64,000 bases of DNA from NCBI GenBank assembly GCA_963764695.1, contig CAVXTW010000015.1:93845-157844 (forward strand), read 5' to 3'. Under the pieces are notes generated by a model that searched no databases, had not been told where the DNA came from, and saw nothing but the letters and a program-made list of their open reading frames with translations. The position numbers and the translations under genes are program-made. Origin of the DNA: an uncultured delta proteobacterium. GTDB lineage: Bacteria; Myxococcota_A; Polyangia; Haliangiales; Haliangiaceae. Of the stretch, positions 1-11,062 are shown piece after piece (the first letter of the stretch is position 1; each line of letters begins with the position of its first letter).

Positions 1-2525
1 GCCGGCATGTTCATGGCGGCGAGCTTCGCCTCCAGCGCCTGGGTGATGTCGCTCTCGCCCACGCCCGGCGCCATGTTGGCCATCAGCGTGACCTGGCGGC
101 GCCGGTTGATGCGGTTGACCTCCGACGGGCCCTTGCCGTCGGCCATCTTGATCACGGCGGCCAGCGGGACATCGGCGCCGCTCGACGACTTCACGGTGAT
201 CGAGTCGAGCAGCTCGGGGCGGTCGCGCCAGCTCTCCACCGCGCGCAGGTTGACGTCGTACTGCTCGCCGCGCTCCTGGTAGGTCGACACGTCGCGGCCG
301 CCGACCAGCAGGCGCAGCGTGGTGGCCACGTCGGCCGGGTTCACGCCCAGGTCGCCGGCGCGGGCGCGGTCGACAGTCACCTGCGTCTCGGGGGCCGGGC
401 GCGGCAGGTTGCTGTCCGGATCGACCACGCCGGGGATGGCGCGCAGCTCGTCGAGGGCGCGCTGCCCGTACTCGGTCAGCTTGTCCAGCTCCGGGCCGGT
501 GATGGCGTAGGTGATGAACGCGTTGCTGCCGCCGCTCTGGATGTCGGGCACCAGCTCCACGCTGGCCCGCGTCCCCTTGGACAGGCCGGGCAGCACCTCG
601 CGCCGGACCCGCTCCATGATCTGCTCCTGCCCTTCCTCGCGCTGGTCCGGATCGACCAGGCGCACGTAGATGGCGGAGCGATTGACCAGCTTCTGCTCGT
701 TGTCGGCGACGGTGACGAGCGTGGACTTCACGCCCTGGACGGCGCGGACCTTGCGCGCGATGCGCTCGGTCTCCAGCGCCGTGGTGTCCACGGTGGAGCC
801 CTCCTCGGTGCGGATCTTGATCTCGAACTGCGCCTCGTCGTTGACCGGCAGGAAGCCCTTGGGGATGTGGTTCATCAGGACTGGCACCGAGGCCAGCGAC
901 GCGACGCAGGCGAGGACCACCACCCAGCGGTGCCGCATGACCCAGCGCAGGACGCGCACGTACAGGCGCTCGAGCGGCATGTAGCCGGTATCGACGACGC
1001 GCGCCAGGATCGGCTTGCGCACCTGCGCCTTCGGTAGACCGTGGCCGCGCTGCTTGAGCCAGCGCGCGGCCAGCATCGGCGTGACCGTGAAGCTCACCAG
1101 CAGCGACACGACGATCGAGAAGGCCATGGTGAGGCCGAAGCTCATCAGGAAGCGGCCCACGATGCCGGACATGAACGCGACCGGCAGGAACACCGCGATG
1201 AGCGAGAGGGTGGTGGCCAGCACCGCGAGGCCGATCTCGCGCGTGGCCAGAATGGCGGCCGGAAACGGACGCAGCCCCTTCTCCTCGACCCAGCGGTGGA
1301 TGTTCTCGAGCACCACGATGGCGTCGTCGATCACGATGCCGACGGCCAGCGCCAGGGCCAGGAGGGTGAGGATGTTGAGAGTGAAGCCCGCCCCGGCCAT
1401 GAGAGCGAACGTGCCGACGATCGACACCGGGATGGCGATCGCGGCGATGAGCGTGCTGCGCAGGCTGCCGAGGAAGACGAGCACGATGACGGCGGCCAGG
1501 ACAGCGCCGACAACCAGGTGCTCGAGCACGGCGTGGGTGCTGGTGCGGATGGTCTCCGAGTTGTCGCGCACCACCTCGAGGGTGTAGCCCTGGGGCAGGA
1601 CCGGCTGGATGGTGGAGATCGCCTGGCGCAGACTGTCGACGACGGCGACGGTGTTGGCGCCGGACTGCTTGCGGATGGCGAGCACCACCGCCGGGATGCC
1701 GTCCTTGAGCGCGGCGTCCTCCACCTCCTCGGCGCCGTCCTCGATGGCGGCCACGTCGCGCAGGCGCACCAGGTGCTCGCCGCGCTGGGCCACCACCACG
1801 TCGCCGAGCTCGGCCGGCTCGGTCACGCGGCCCTGGATGCGCAGGGTGGACTGGGTCGGGCCGGACTCGATGCGGCCGGCCGGCATCATGGAGTTCTGGG
1901 TGGCGACCGCGCGCTCGACCTCGATCGCGGTGACGCCGGCGGCGCGCATGGCGAGCGGGTCGATGCGCACGTTGATCTGGCGCTTGCGGCCGCCGATCAG
2001 GCGGACCTGGCCGACGCCGCTTACCGACTCGAGCCGGTCGCGCACGGTGGTGTCGGCCACCTCGGTCACCTCGCGCACCGGCGCCTGCGAGCGCACCGCC
2101 ACCAGCAGCACCGGCGCGGCGTCCGGGTCGACCTTGCCGACCTGCGGCGTCTCGGCGTCCTCGGGCAGGTCGGCGAGCACGGTGTCGATGCGGTCGCGCA
2201 CCTCCTGGGCCGCGATGTCGCCGTCCTTCTCCAGGACGAACATCACCTGGACCATGGACATGCCCTCGCTCGACACCGAGGTGAGCGTGTCGATGCCGCC
2301 GACGGTGTTGACCGCGGCCTCGATCTTGTCGGTGACCTCGCTCTCCACCTCCTCGGGCGCGGCGCCGGGCAGCTCGGTGGTGATGAGGACCATCGGGAAA
2401 TCGACGTCGGGGAACTTGTCGACCCCGAGGCGTCCGTAGCCGACCGCTCCGATGACCAGGAGCGTCAGGACCAGCACCGATGCGAAGACCGGGCGGCGAA
2501 CCGAGATGTTGGCGAGCCATTGCAT
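1..2525 (-). CDS. RND (HAE1/AcrB-CzcA family) inner-membrane efflux transporter; C-terminal end runs off the window (partial)
   Basis: Reverse-complement translation starts M-Q-W-L-A-N-I-S-V-R-R-P-V-F-A-S-V-L-V-L-T-L-L-V-I-G, a typical AcrB N-terminus. AAGGAAA SD lies 7 nt upstream of the ATG (complement of 2523-2525). The frame stays open to position 1 and is not in the ORF track because it has no stop in the window. Confidence 0.85.
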   Translation of the reverse strand, partial: MQWLANISVRRPVFASVLVLTLLVIGAVGYGRLGVDKFPDVDFPMVLITTELPGAAPEEVESEVTDKIEAAVNTVGGIDTLTSVSSEGMSMVQVMFVLEKDGDIAAQEVRDRIDTVLADLPEDAETPQVGKVDPDAAPVLLVAVRSQAPVREVTEVADTTVRDRLESVSGVGQVRLIGGRKRQINVRIDPLAMRAAGVTAIEVERAVATQNSMMPAGRIESGPTQSTLRIQGRVTEPAELGDVVVAQRGEHLVRLRDVAAIEDGAEEVEDAALKDGIPAVVLAIRKQSGANTVAVVDSLRQAISTIQPVLPQGYTLEVVRDNSETIRTSTHAVLEHLVVGAVLAAVIVLVFLGSLRSTLIAAIAIPVSIVGTFALMAGAGFTLNILTLLALALAVGIVIDDAIVVLENIHRWVEEKGLRPFPAAILATREIGLAVLATTLSLIAVFLPVAFMSGIVGRFLMSFGLTMAFSIVVSLLVSFTVTPMLAARWLKQRGHGLPKAQVRKPILARVVDTGYMPLERLYVRVLRWVMRHRWVVVLACVASLASVPVLMNHIPKGFLPVNDEAQFEIKIRTEEGSTVDTTALETERIARKVRAVQGVKSTLVTVADNEQKLVNRSAIYVRLVDPDQREEGQEQIMERVRREVLPGLSKGTRASVELVPDIQSGGSNAFITYAITGPELDKLTEYGQRALDELRAIPGVVDPDSNLPRPAPETQVTVDRARAGDLGVNPADVATTLRLLVGGRDVSTYQERGEQYDVNLRAVESWRDRPELLDSITVKSSSGADVPLAAVIKMADGKGPSEVNRINRRRQVTLMANMAPGVGESDITQALEAKLAAMNMP

Positions 2526-2576
2526 GGGAACGTTTCCTTCAGGCTTCGATGAGTGGTTGGGTCGAGACCGGGTCGC

Positions 2577-3749
2577 TCAGTTGGTTCGCATGCCGTCGCG
2601 CAGCTCGGCGCTGGCGGGGCTGACCACGACATCGCCTGCGCGGGCGCCGACCAGGAGAGCGACCTTGTCGCCGTCGGGCTCGCCCGATCCGGCCAGCTGG
2701 ACGATGCGCTCCTCGAGCGCGCCGTCGACCACCGCGAACAGGCGCCAGGTGGAGCCGGCCCGGCGCAGCGCGCTGCGCGGAACCACCGGCAGCTCGCGGC
2801 GGCCGATCTCGATGTGGGCGGTCACGAACATGCCGGGCAGCAGGCCGGGCGCGCCGTTGACCGGAGCGGCGGCGCCACCGTCGACGAGAGCCTCGAACAC
2901 GAGCGAGCGGCCGGTGCGATCGACGGCCGGGCCGAGCACGTCGATGCGGGCGCCGAAGCTGCGGCCGGGCAGCCCGGTGGTGGTGAAGCTGAGCGCGCGG
3001 CCGACGGCCAGGCGACCTACCTGCGACTCCGGCACGGTCAGCTCGAGGCGGAGCGGATCCGGGTCGACCAGGCCGACAAGCTCGGTCTCGGCGCGCACGT
3101 ACTCGCCGACCTGCACCTTGCGCTCGACGATGATGCCGCTGTACGGGGCGCGGACCACGCCGTCGCCGACCGCCTTGCTGGCCAGGCCGACGCGCGCGGC
3201 CGCGGCCGACGCCTGCTCGCGCGCGCTGGCGCACGCGGCCATCTCGCGGTCGTACTCGGCGCGGGTGATGGCGGCCTGGTCGTACAGTGTCTTGCTGCGG
3301 GCGCACTCGACGCCGGCCAGGCGGGCGTCGCTGTCGGCGGCGGCGCGCTGGGCGCGAGCCTCGCGGGCGCCGAGCATCGCGCTGCGCACGTCGAGGCGGG
3401 CGAGCGGCTGGCCCTTCGTCACGCGGTCGCCGCGGTCCACGAAGATCTCGATCACCTTGCCGGCCGCGTCCGCCGCCACCGCCGACGAGCGGTCGGCGAT
3501 CACGGTGCCGGTGGCGACCACGGTGTCCGCTGTCGGCTGCAGCGCCACCTTCGTGGTGCTGAGCACGGGGGCGGCCTGCGACTGGTCGCGGTTCGGGTTG
3601 GCCTCGGATACGCCGCCGCATCCGGCCAGCAGGCTGCCGGCCGCGCCGAGGGCCACGAACAGGCCGGCGGCAAGGAGGAGGAACAGGGCGGCCGAGGCGA
3701 GGCGGCTCCTGGTGGTCTCGATTCGGTGCGTCTCGGTCGGGTTGGTCAT
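2577..3749 (-). CDS. RND efflux membrane-fusion protein (periplasmic adaptor, HlyD/AcrA family), lipoprotein
   Basis: 390-aa ORF with a signal peptide ending in LAGC lipobox. Biotinyl-lipoyl, beta-barrel and coiled-coil hairpin segments are typical of MFPs. It sits directly upstream of the RND gene, 52-nt gap. Confidence 0.85.
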   Translation of the reverse strand: MTNPTETHRIETTRSRLASAALFLLLAAGLFVALGAAGSLLAGCGGVSEANPNRDQSQAAPVLSTTKVALQPTADTVVATGTVIADRSSAVAADAAGKVIEIFVDRGDRVTKGQPLARLDVRSAMLGAREARAQRAAADSDARLAGVECARSKTLYDQAAITRAEYDREMAACASAREQASAAAARVGLASKAVGDGVVRAPYSGIIVERKVQVGEYVRAETELVGLVDPDPLRLELTVPESQVGRLAVGRALSFTTTGLPGRSFGARIDVLGPAVDRTGRSLVFEALVDGGAAAPVNGAPGLLPGMFVTAHIEIGRRELPVVPRSALRRAGSTWRLFAVVDGALEERIVQLAGSGEPDGDKVALLVGARAGDVVVSPASAELRDGMRTN

Positions 3750-3804
3750 GCGGTGTCTCTCTCTGTCTCGTCAGGTGTCGTTGTCTTTGAGTTGCGGAGC
3801 TCGT

Positions 3805-3820
3805 CTGCACCGCGCGAGCC
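3805..3820 (-). promoter_or_regulatory. Candidate sigma54 (-24/-12) promoter for the MFP-RND genes
   Basis: Minus strand reads TGGCTCGCGCGGTGCA, with GG and GC at the consensus 10-nt spacing of TGGCACG-N4-TTGCA. It lies about 55 nt upstream of the MFP ATG, and a sigma54-dependent activator is encoded about 3 kb away. Confidence 0.3.
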
Positions 3821-3984
3821 AGGCGCGCGGCTGACTCGGAACCGCAGCGCGGACGCGGGCTTGCGTGCGCGGCGGACATCGCGGGCGCTCCTCTGTCAGG
3901 CGGCCCGACAGGCCGGCTGTAAGGCCGCCCGACGAGCGCCGACGGAGAGCCGACGGGGGCCGAGCCGGCGGGCTCGCCGGCTGC

Positions 3985-5454
3985 TCAGTTGCCGACGGCC
4001 AGGCGCCATCGGACCAGGGCGACGCGCAGGTCGATGCGGGCGTCGATGAGGGCGACGCGGGCGCGGGTCAGCTCGGTCTCGGAGTCGATGACCTCGACCG
4101 CCGTGGCCCGGCCGGCACCCTGCAGCGCGCGGCGCACCCGGTAGCCCTCCTCGGCGGCGGCGAGCCCGCGCTCGCCCACCGAGATGGCGACCTCGGCCTG
4201 GTCGACCGCCTGGCGCGCCTCGAGCACCTCGTCGCGGACAAGCTCGGCCTGCTGCGCGACCTGCGCGCGGCGAGCCCGCGCCCGCGCCCTGGCCTCGTCG
4301 GCCGCCTTCGGCGCACCGAGCGCGAGGTTGAAGTCCCAGGAGAGCTCGAGGCCGACCGTCCACGAGGTGGAGAACTCGTCCTCCTGCGGGAAGGCGCGCG
4401 CGTTCGGGTTGTCGTAGGCGACCTCGCCGAAGGCGGACAGGCGCGGGAACAGGTCGGCGCGGGCGGTCCTGGCGTCCGACTCGGCCGAGCGCTCGGCGGC
4501 GCGCAGCGCGAGGGTCTCGGGCCGGCGGCCGGCCGCGCTGCGCCACAGCGACGACGGAGCCGACGCACGCACCTGCGACAGCGCGGCCGGGTCGACCGTC
4601 GCGATGTCCTCGCCGACAGCGAGCGGCTCACCGTCGGTGGCGCCGATGACCGTGCGCAGGCGATCCTCGCTGCGCGCGGCGGCATCGGAGGCGCGGCGCA
4701 AGGTGAGCTCGGCGTCGGCGTGGCGCGACTCGAGGCGCAGCAGGTCGGCGCGCGAGGCGGTGCCGGCCCGCACCTGGCTGGCCGTGGTGCTCAGCGACTC
4801 GTCGACAAGGGCCAGGCCGCGCTCGGCGGTGATCACTTGTAGCCGCGCGCGCACCCACTCGTAGTACGTGATGCGGGCGTCCGCCTCGACGGTGCGCTGG
4901 GTCGCGCGCTCGCTGTAGCGGGCCGACTCGGCGCCGTGCCTTGCCGACGCGACCTGGTGCGGCGTGCGGATCAGATAATCGGACAGCGGCACCTCGACCT
5001 GGGCGCGGTTGGTGTACTGGTTGCGGAAGAACTCGATGCCGAACTGCTCGGCCTCGGGCGGTGGGTCGACCTTGGACAGCCGCGCGTACTGCGCGCTTGC
5101 CCGCACCCGCGGGATCCAGCCGATCTTGGAGCGGTCGTGCACCGACTCGGCTGCCTGCGAGTTCGCCCTGCCCTCGGCGTTGCGCGGGCTCACCTTGCGC
5201 GCACGTGCAGCCGCGGCGTCGGAGGTCAGCCCGCCCTCGACCCGCAGCCCGGCGAAAAGCTCGGACGTCGAGTCAGTGCCAGGGGCGGCAGGCGGGGACG
5301 GCGCCGGCTGGGCGGCGGGTGCCGGCTGGGCGGCGGGGGATGCGGGCCGCGAATCCGGCTGCGGCTTGCCAAGTGCGCTGGAAGCCATCGTGCTGGCGAA
5401 TGTGGCCGCGGCGATGGCAGCGAAGAAGATGATCCGGAGAGAGCGACGCTTCAT
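3985..5454 (-). CDS. TolC-family outer-membrane efflux protein (OMF/OEP)
   Basis: 489-aa ORF with a signal peptide, a PAAQPAPAAQPAP linker and duplicated coiled-coil/beta segments typical of OMFs. It is first gene of an OMF-MFP-RND arrangement on the minus strand. Confidence 0.8.
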   Translation of the reverse strand: MKRRSLRIIFFAAIAAATFASTMASSALGKPQPDSRPASPAAQPAPAAQPAPSPPAAPGTDSTSELFAGLRVEGGLTSDAAAARARKVSPRNAEGRANSQAAESVHDRSKIGWIPRVRASAQYARLSKVDPPPEAEQFGIEFFRNQYTNRAQVEVPLSDYLIRTPHQVASARHGAESARYSERATQRTVEADARITYYEWVRARLQVITAERGLALVDESLSTTASQVRAGTASRADLLRLESRHADAELTLRRASDAAARSEDRLRTVIGATDGEPLAVGEDIATVDPAALSQVRASAPSSLWRSAAGRRPETLALRAAERSAESDARTARADLFPRLSAFGEVAYDNPNARAFPQEDEFSTSWTVGLELSWDFNLALGAPKAADEARARARARRAQVAQQAELVRDEVLEARQAVDQAEVAISVGERGLAAAEEGYRVRRALQGAGRATAVEVIDSETELTRARVALIDARIDLRVALVRWRLAVGN

Positions 5455-5614
5455 GGCAGCCGCCCTTCTTCACGGCCCGTGCCACCGCTCGCGAACGCGC
5501 AAGGTCGCGGCGGCGCGCGCGCGACCGGCCGGCGGCCCGGCGTGTCTGCCAGGCCAGCCGACAGCTCTGATCATCGAACCGACAGGACAGGCTGCGAGGG
5601 AATACAATTCCGCA

Positions 5615-6977
5615 ATGGCGCGGCAAGCGGGCGTTGGCACATCACTGGCTAGCTTCGAGATGGATGTGTGGCGTGGGCAGCGCAACCAGGAACTTGGCGC
5701 GGCGATGCGGGCCGGCTTCTGGCGTCCGTATGTCGGTTCGCTGACGTTCTACGCCGTCCTCGCCATCACCATGGCGCTCGCCGGTCAGGAGATGTGGCGC
5801 GTCGGTGCCGTGCTCGCGATCGCCGCGGCGCACTCGATAGGCTTCCTCATGTTCCGCGGCTGGGCCAGGGACCCGCACCGCCTCGAGCAGGCCGTCGTCA
5901 TGATCAACTCGAAGATCCTGGTCATGATGGCCGCCTTGACCGCGCTGAGCGGCGGGCTGACCAGTCCGCTGGTCGTCTGTCTCCCGATCCTGGTCCTGCC
6001 CAGCGCGCTCATCGTCGGCCTCGGCCGCACCACGCGGATCCTCGCGCTCTCGGTCACCGCCTTTCTCATCCTGCTGGTCGCCGCGCCGATCGAGCTGACC
6101 GGTCCCCCCCTGCCCTCGCCGCATCGCGAGATCCTCACGATCGTTGCATGCGTGTGGGCCATGATGAGCGTGTTCATCTTCACCGGCCGCATCATCGCCG
6201 CCACCCGCGCCGCGTCCGATGCGCTCGGCGAGCTGCGCGAGGAGCGGCTGTCGATGGCGCTGGGCCAGCTGCGCCGCCTGCAGTCGGTCGGCGCGAAGGT
6301 GGCCCACGAGCTCAAGAACCCGCTCGCCGCGGTCAAGGGGCTGGTCCAGCTGGTGGCGCGCGCGCCGGCCGACACCGAGCGCTCGCGCGAGCGCCTCGCC
6401 GTGGTGCAGGGCGAGATCACGCGCATGGAGACCATCCTGCACGAGTACCTGTCGTTCGCCCGTCCGCTCGAGGATCTGTCGCCGCAGCTCATCGACGTGG
6501 CCCAGGTGGCCGAGGACGTGGCCGCGGTGCTGGCCGGCCGCGCCGATCAGAGCAAGGTCGAGCTCGCGGTGTCCGGACCGTCGGTGCGGCTGCAGGCGGA
6601 TCCGCGCCGCCTCAAGGAGGCGCTGCTCAACCTGGTGGCCAACGCGATCGACTTCACGCCTGCCGGCGGGCGGGTCGACGTCGAGATCGCCCGCCACGAG
6701 ATGGGCGCCCGCGTGATCGTGCGCGACACCGGCCGCGGCATCGCACCGGACGATCTGGCGCGCGTCGGCACCTCGTTCTTCACCACGCGCGAGACCGGCA
6801 CCGGGCTCGGCGTGGTGCTGGCCCGCAACGTCGTCACCCAGCACGGCGGCAGCTTCGAGCTGGCCAGCGAGGCCGGCCGCGGCACCACCGTGACAATCGT
6901 GCTGCCGGCCGCGCCGCCGCCGACCGGCGCGCCTGCCATCACCCGCGATACGGCCGAGAGGATCGAGGGACAGCATC

Positions 6978-7003
<26 letters not shown>
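5615..7003 (+). CDS. Sensor histidine kinase with a polytopic membrane N-terminus, HisKA + HATPase_c
   Basis: H-box reads HELKNPLAAVKG and N, G1 and G2 boxes are present (NLVANAIDF, DTGRGI, GTGLGV), after about five TM helices. The start is taken at the first ATG after the divergent OMF gene. ATGs at 5660 and 5705 are alternatives. Confidence 0.75.
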
Positions 7004-8390
<1,387 letters not shown>

Positions 8391-8512
8391 TTGCCTCGAC
8401 GGCGCGCCGCCCGAGCGGGCGCGGCGCTGGATTCGACTCAGCTCACGCCGGCGGGCAGGCTTGACCGCCCCCAACGTTCCGGGTTCACTCACCGGCCGGA
8501 TCCGGGGTACAC

Positions 8513-10246
8513 ATGTCTGGGGACGATCGGGGCGGGTCCGGTGTTGAGAGGGGCATGAGCGAGGGACTGCCAGCGAACGGCCGGGACGACCGGCCGGCGG
8601 ACCGCGCGCGGCGCAGCCGCGTCGCTCCGCCACCGCAGCGCCTCGGGCTATCGCTCGGAGATGGCGATCCGCGGGCGCTCCTGCAGCAGCGCCTGCGCCT
8701 GTTCCACCTCATCCTGTTCGGGCTGGCCGCGTCGCTCCTCATCGCGTCGGCCACCGTCAACGCGCTGCGCGGCCTGGAGATCGACTCGGCGCGGCGGCTC
8801 ACGTACCTCCTGCACGGCAGCGTCGTGGTCGTCGTCGGCGGCACCTGGATCCTGCTCGGCGCGCGCGAGTTCCGCTCCTTCCCGCTGCAGCTCATCGACG
8901 CGGTGTCGCTGCTCCTGGTCGGGCTGCTGACCGCGGGCATGGTCGCGCTGACCGACATGCGCTTCCGGCCGGAGCTCAGCATCCTGCTCGGCATGGCGCA
9001 CGTGCTGGTCGGGCGCGCCGCTCTGGTGCCGAGCAGCGCGCTGCGCAGCACCACCATCGGCCTGGTCGCCCTGCAGCCGATCGCGATCGCGACCTACTGG
9101 AACGTGCGCCAGGAGTCAACGCCGGCGTGGCTCGGGCCGCCCAGCGCCACGCTGATCATGACGATCGTGTGGTCGCTGCTCATCGTCGGCCTGTCGGTGG
9201 CCACCTCGCGCGTGATCTACGGCCTGCGCCGCAAGGTCGAGCAGGCCATGCAGCTGGGTCAGTACACGGTCGAGCGGATGATCGGGCGCGGCGGCATGGG
9301 CGCTGTCTACCTGGCCCGCCACTCGCTGCTGCGCCGGCCGACCGCGCTCAAGGTGCTCGAGACCGACGCCGCCGGCGCCGAGGCGATCGCGCGCTTCGAG
9401 CGCGAGGTGCAGACCACCAGCCAGCTCACCCATCCCAACACCGTGGCGATCTACGACTACGGCCGCACGCCGGACGCCTGCTTCTACTACGCGATGGAGT
9501 ACCTCGACGGCTTCGACCTCGAGACCCTTGTCGGCGCCGAGGGCCCGCAGCCGCCCGGCCGGGTGGCTCACATCCTTCGTCAAGTATGCGGCGCGCTGGC
9601 CGAGGCGCACGGCCTGGGCCTGGTCCACCGCGACATCAAGCCGGCCAACATCATGCTGTGCCAGCGCGGCTTTCAGCCCGACTTCGCCAAGGTGCTCGAC
9701 TTCGGCCTGGTGCGCACGCAGACGCTCGGCGCGCCCGACCTCAGCACCGACCGCACGCTGCGCGGGACGCCGCTCTACATGGCTCCCGAGTGCATCCTCG
9801 CGGTCGGCGAGATCGACGCGCGCGCCGACATCTACAGCATGGGCGCGGTGGCCTACTTCCTGCTCGTCGGCGAGCCGCCCTTCGACGGCGCCACCGCCAT
9901 GGAGGTGATGGCCCGCCACGTGCGCGAGACGCCGGTGGCTCCGTCGCGACGCGGCATCCAGGGACTGCCGGGCGCGCTCGAGGCGCTGGTGCTGTCGTGC
10001 CTGGAGAAGGAGGCGATCATGCGGCCGCGCAGCATGTCGGCGCTGCGCGACGCCGTCGCCGCGATCGACATCGAGCCGTGGACCGAGACCGACGCCAGGG
10101 CCTGGTGGCGAGAGCGCGCCCACCGCGTCCGCGAGTACCGCTCCAGCCGCGGCCGCTCGGACAGCTCGCCGACGACGGTCATGGTGGACATGTCGCAGCG
10201 CCAGCTGCCTGCGCTCGAGTCGACCCAGGCCGTCCAGGCGCAGTAG
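8513..10246 (+). CDS. Ser/Thr protein kinase with an N-terminal multi-pass membrane domain
   Basis: Hanks kinase motifs GRGGMGAVY, ALKVL, HRDIKPANIM, DFG and APE follow about 220 aa containing five or six hydrophobic helices. Confidence 0.8.
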   Translation: MSGDDRGGSGVERGMSEGLPANGRDDRPADRARRSRVAPPPQRLGLSLGDGDPRALLQQRLRLFHLILFGLAASLLIASATVNALRGLEIDSARRLTYLLHGSVVVVVGGTWILLGAREFRSFPLQLIDAVSLLLVGLLTAGMVALTDMRFRPELSILLGMAHVLVGRAALVPSSALRSTTIGLVALQPIAIATYWNVRQESTPAWLGPPSATLIMTIVWSLLIVGLSVATSRVIYGLRRKVEQAMQLGQYTVERMIGRGGMGAVYLARHSLLRRPTALKVLETDAAGAEAIARFEREVQTTSQLTHPNTVAIYDYGRTPDACFYYAMEYLDGFDLETLVGAEGPQPPGRVAHILRQVCGALAEAHGLGLVHRDIKPANIMLCQRGFQPDFAKVLDFGLVRTQTLGAPDLSTDRTLRGTPLYMAPECILAVGEIDARADIYSMGAVAYFLLVGEPPFDGATAMEVMARHVRETPVAPSRRGIQGLPGALEALVLSCLEKEAIMRPRSMSALRDAVAAIDIEPWTETDARAWWRERAHRVREYRSSRGRSDSSPTTVMVDMSQRQLPALESTQAVQAQ

Positions 10247-10275
10247 CCCGCGCCGGGACGTCACCCGTCACCGCG

Positions 10276-10905
10276 TCACAGCGGCCGGGCAGCGCCCTCC
10301 GGCGCGGTGCCCTCCGGCGCGGCGCCCTCCGGCTCGCCGTCGGCGTCCGGTCCGCCGCGGCGCCGGTTCATGCGCTCGGCCATGTACGCCTCGAGCTCGG
10401 CCGCCGACACCGCGCCGTCGCCGTTCGCGTCCGCCTTGGCGACGTCGAAGAAGCGGCGCCTGCCCTGTCCCTCGACGGCGGCCAGCTCGTCGCGCGATAG
10501 CGATCCGTCGCCGTCGCTGTCGAGCCGCGCGATCATCCTGGCGGCGCGCTCGCCGCGCATCGCGGTGCGCTCGGTGTCGTCGATCTGGCCATCCTTGTTC
10601 TGATCGAACCGCTCGAGCATCCGGGCGCGGCGCTCACGTCCCCGTCCGCGCCGCCCGTCCTGGCCGGCCTCGGTGCCCGGGGCGCTCGCCTCGGGCGCGA
10701 CCGGCTCGGCAGGTTCCACGTCCTTGCCGCCCGGGGCGGGCAGCGACGGCACCGGCCGCTCGGCCGTGCCCGTCTCGGTCTCGCCGAGAGGCTCGGCCGC
10801 CTGCTCGGCCGGGGTCTCGACCTTCTCCTTGCTGCAGGCCGCGACCGCTCCGGTCGAAAGCACGGCGCCCATGAGGACGCTCAGAAGACTCCTTGCTCTG
10901 GTCAT
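10276..10905 (-). CDS. EF-hand calcium-binding lipoprotein
   Basis: Internal ATG at 10905 carries a GAAGGAG SD. Signal peptide ends in a VAAC lipobox. There are three EF-hand loops (DQNKDGQIDDTE, DSDGDGSLSRDE, DANGDGAVSAAE). The longer track ORF to 11025 lacks any signal or SD. Confidence 0.7.
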   Translation of the reverse strand: MTRARSLLSVLMGAVLSTGAVAACSKEKVETPAEQAAEPLGETETGTAERPVPSLPAPGGKDVEPAEPVAPEASAPGTEAGQDGRRGRGRERRARMLERFDQNKDGQIDDTERTAMRGERAARMIARLDSDGDGSLSRDELAAVEGQGRRRFFDVAKADANGDGAVSAAELEAYMAERMNRRRGGPDADGEPEGAAPEGTAPEGAARPL

Positions 10906-10950
10906 GACGGCTCCTTCGGGATCGTCCGATCGACCCCTCCCGTCCTGCAA

Positions 10951-10966
10951 AGCAGAAAGCGAGCCA
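10951..10966 (-). promoter_or_regulatory. Candidate sigma54-type -24/-12 element upstream of the EF-hand lipoprotein gene
   Basis: Minus strand reads TGGCTCGCTTTCTGCT, followed by TTGCA, with GG-N10-GC spacing, about 45 nt upstream of the ATG. This is a weak, sequence-only call. Confidence 0.22.
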
Positions 10967-11062
10967 GCTTGAAGACCCCGAAAGCGCGTCGGGGCGCGCC
11001 CGGTCCCGGATCCGGCCTGCCGCAATGGCAGGGCCGCTGCGACATCCGCGGCGGCCCCGTGC

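Noticed and set aside
1041-4049. Long ORFs 1041-2552(+), 2553-4049(+), 2539-3879(-) and 2452-3834(+) overlapping the RND and MFP genes
   Set aside because: Arg/Ala/Gly/Asp-rich translations with no signal peptide, SD or recognisable domain. They are GC3-driven shadow frames of the real efflux genes.
5470-5500. GTGGCACGG (perfect -24 half-site) about 30 nt upstream of the OMF start
   Set aside because: The -12 position reads GA instead of GC, and the spacing to the ATG leaves almost no leader, so it was not called as a sigma54 promoter.
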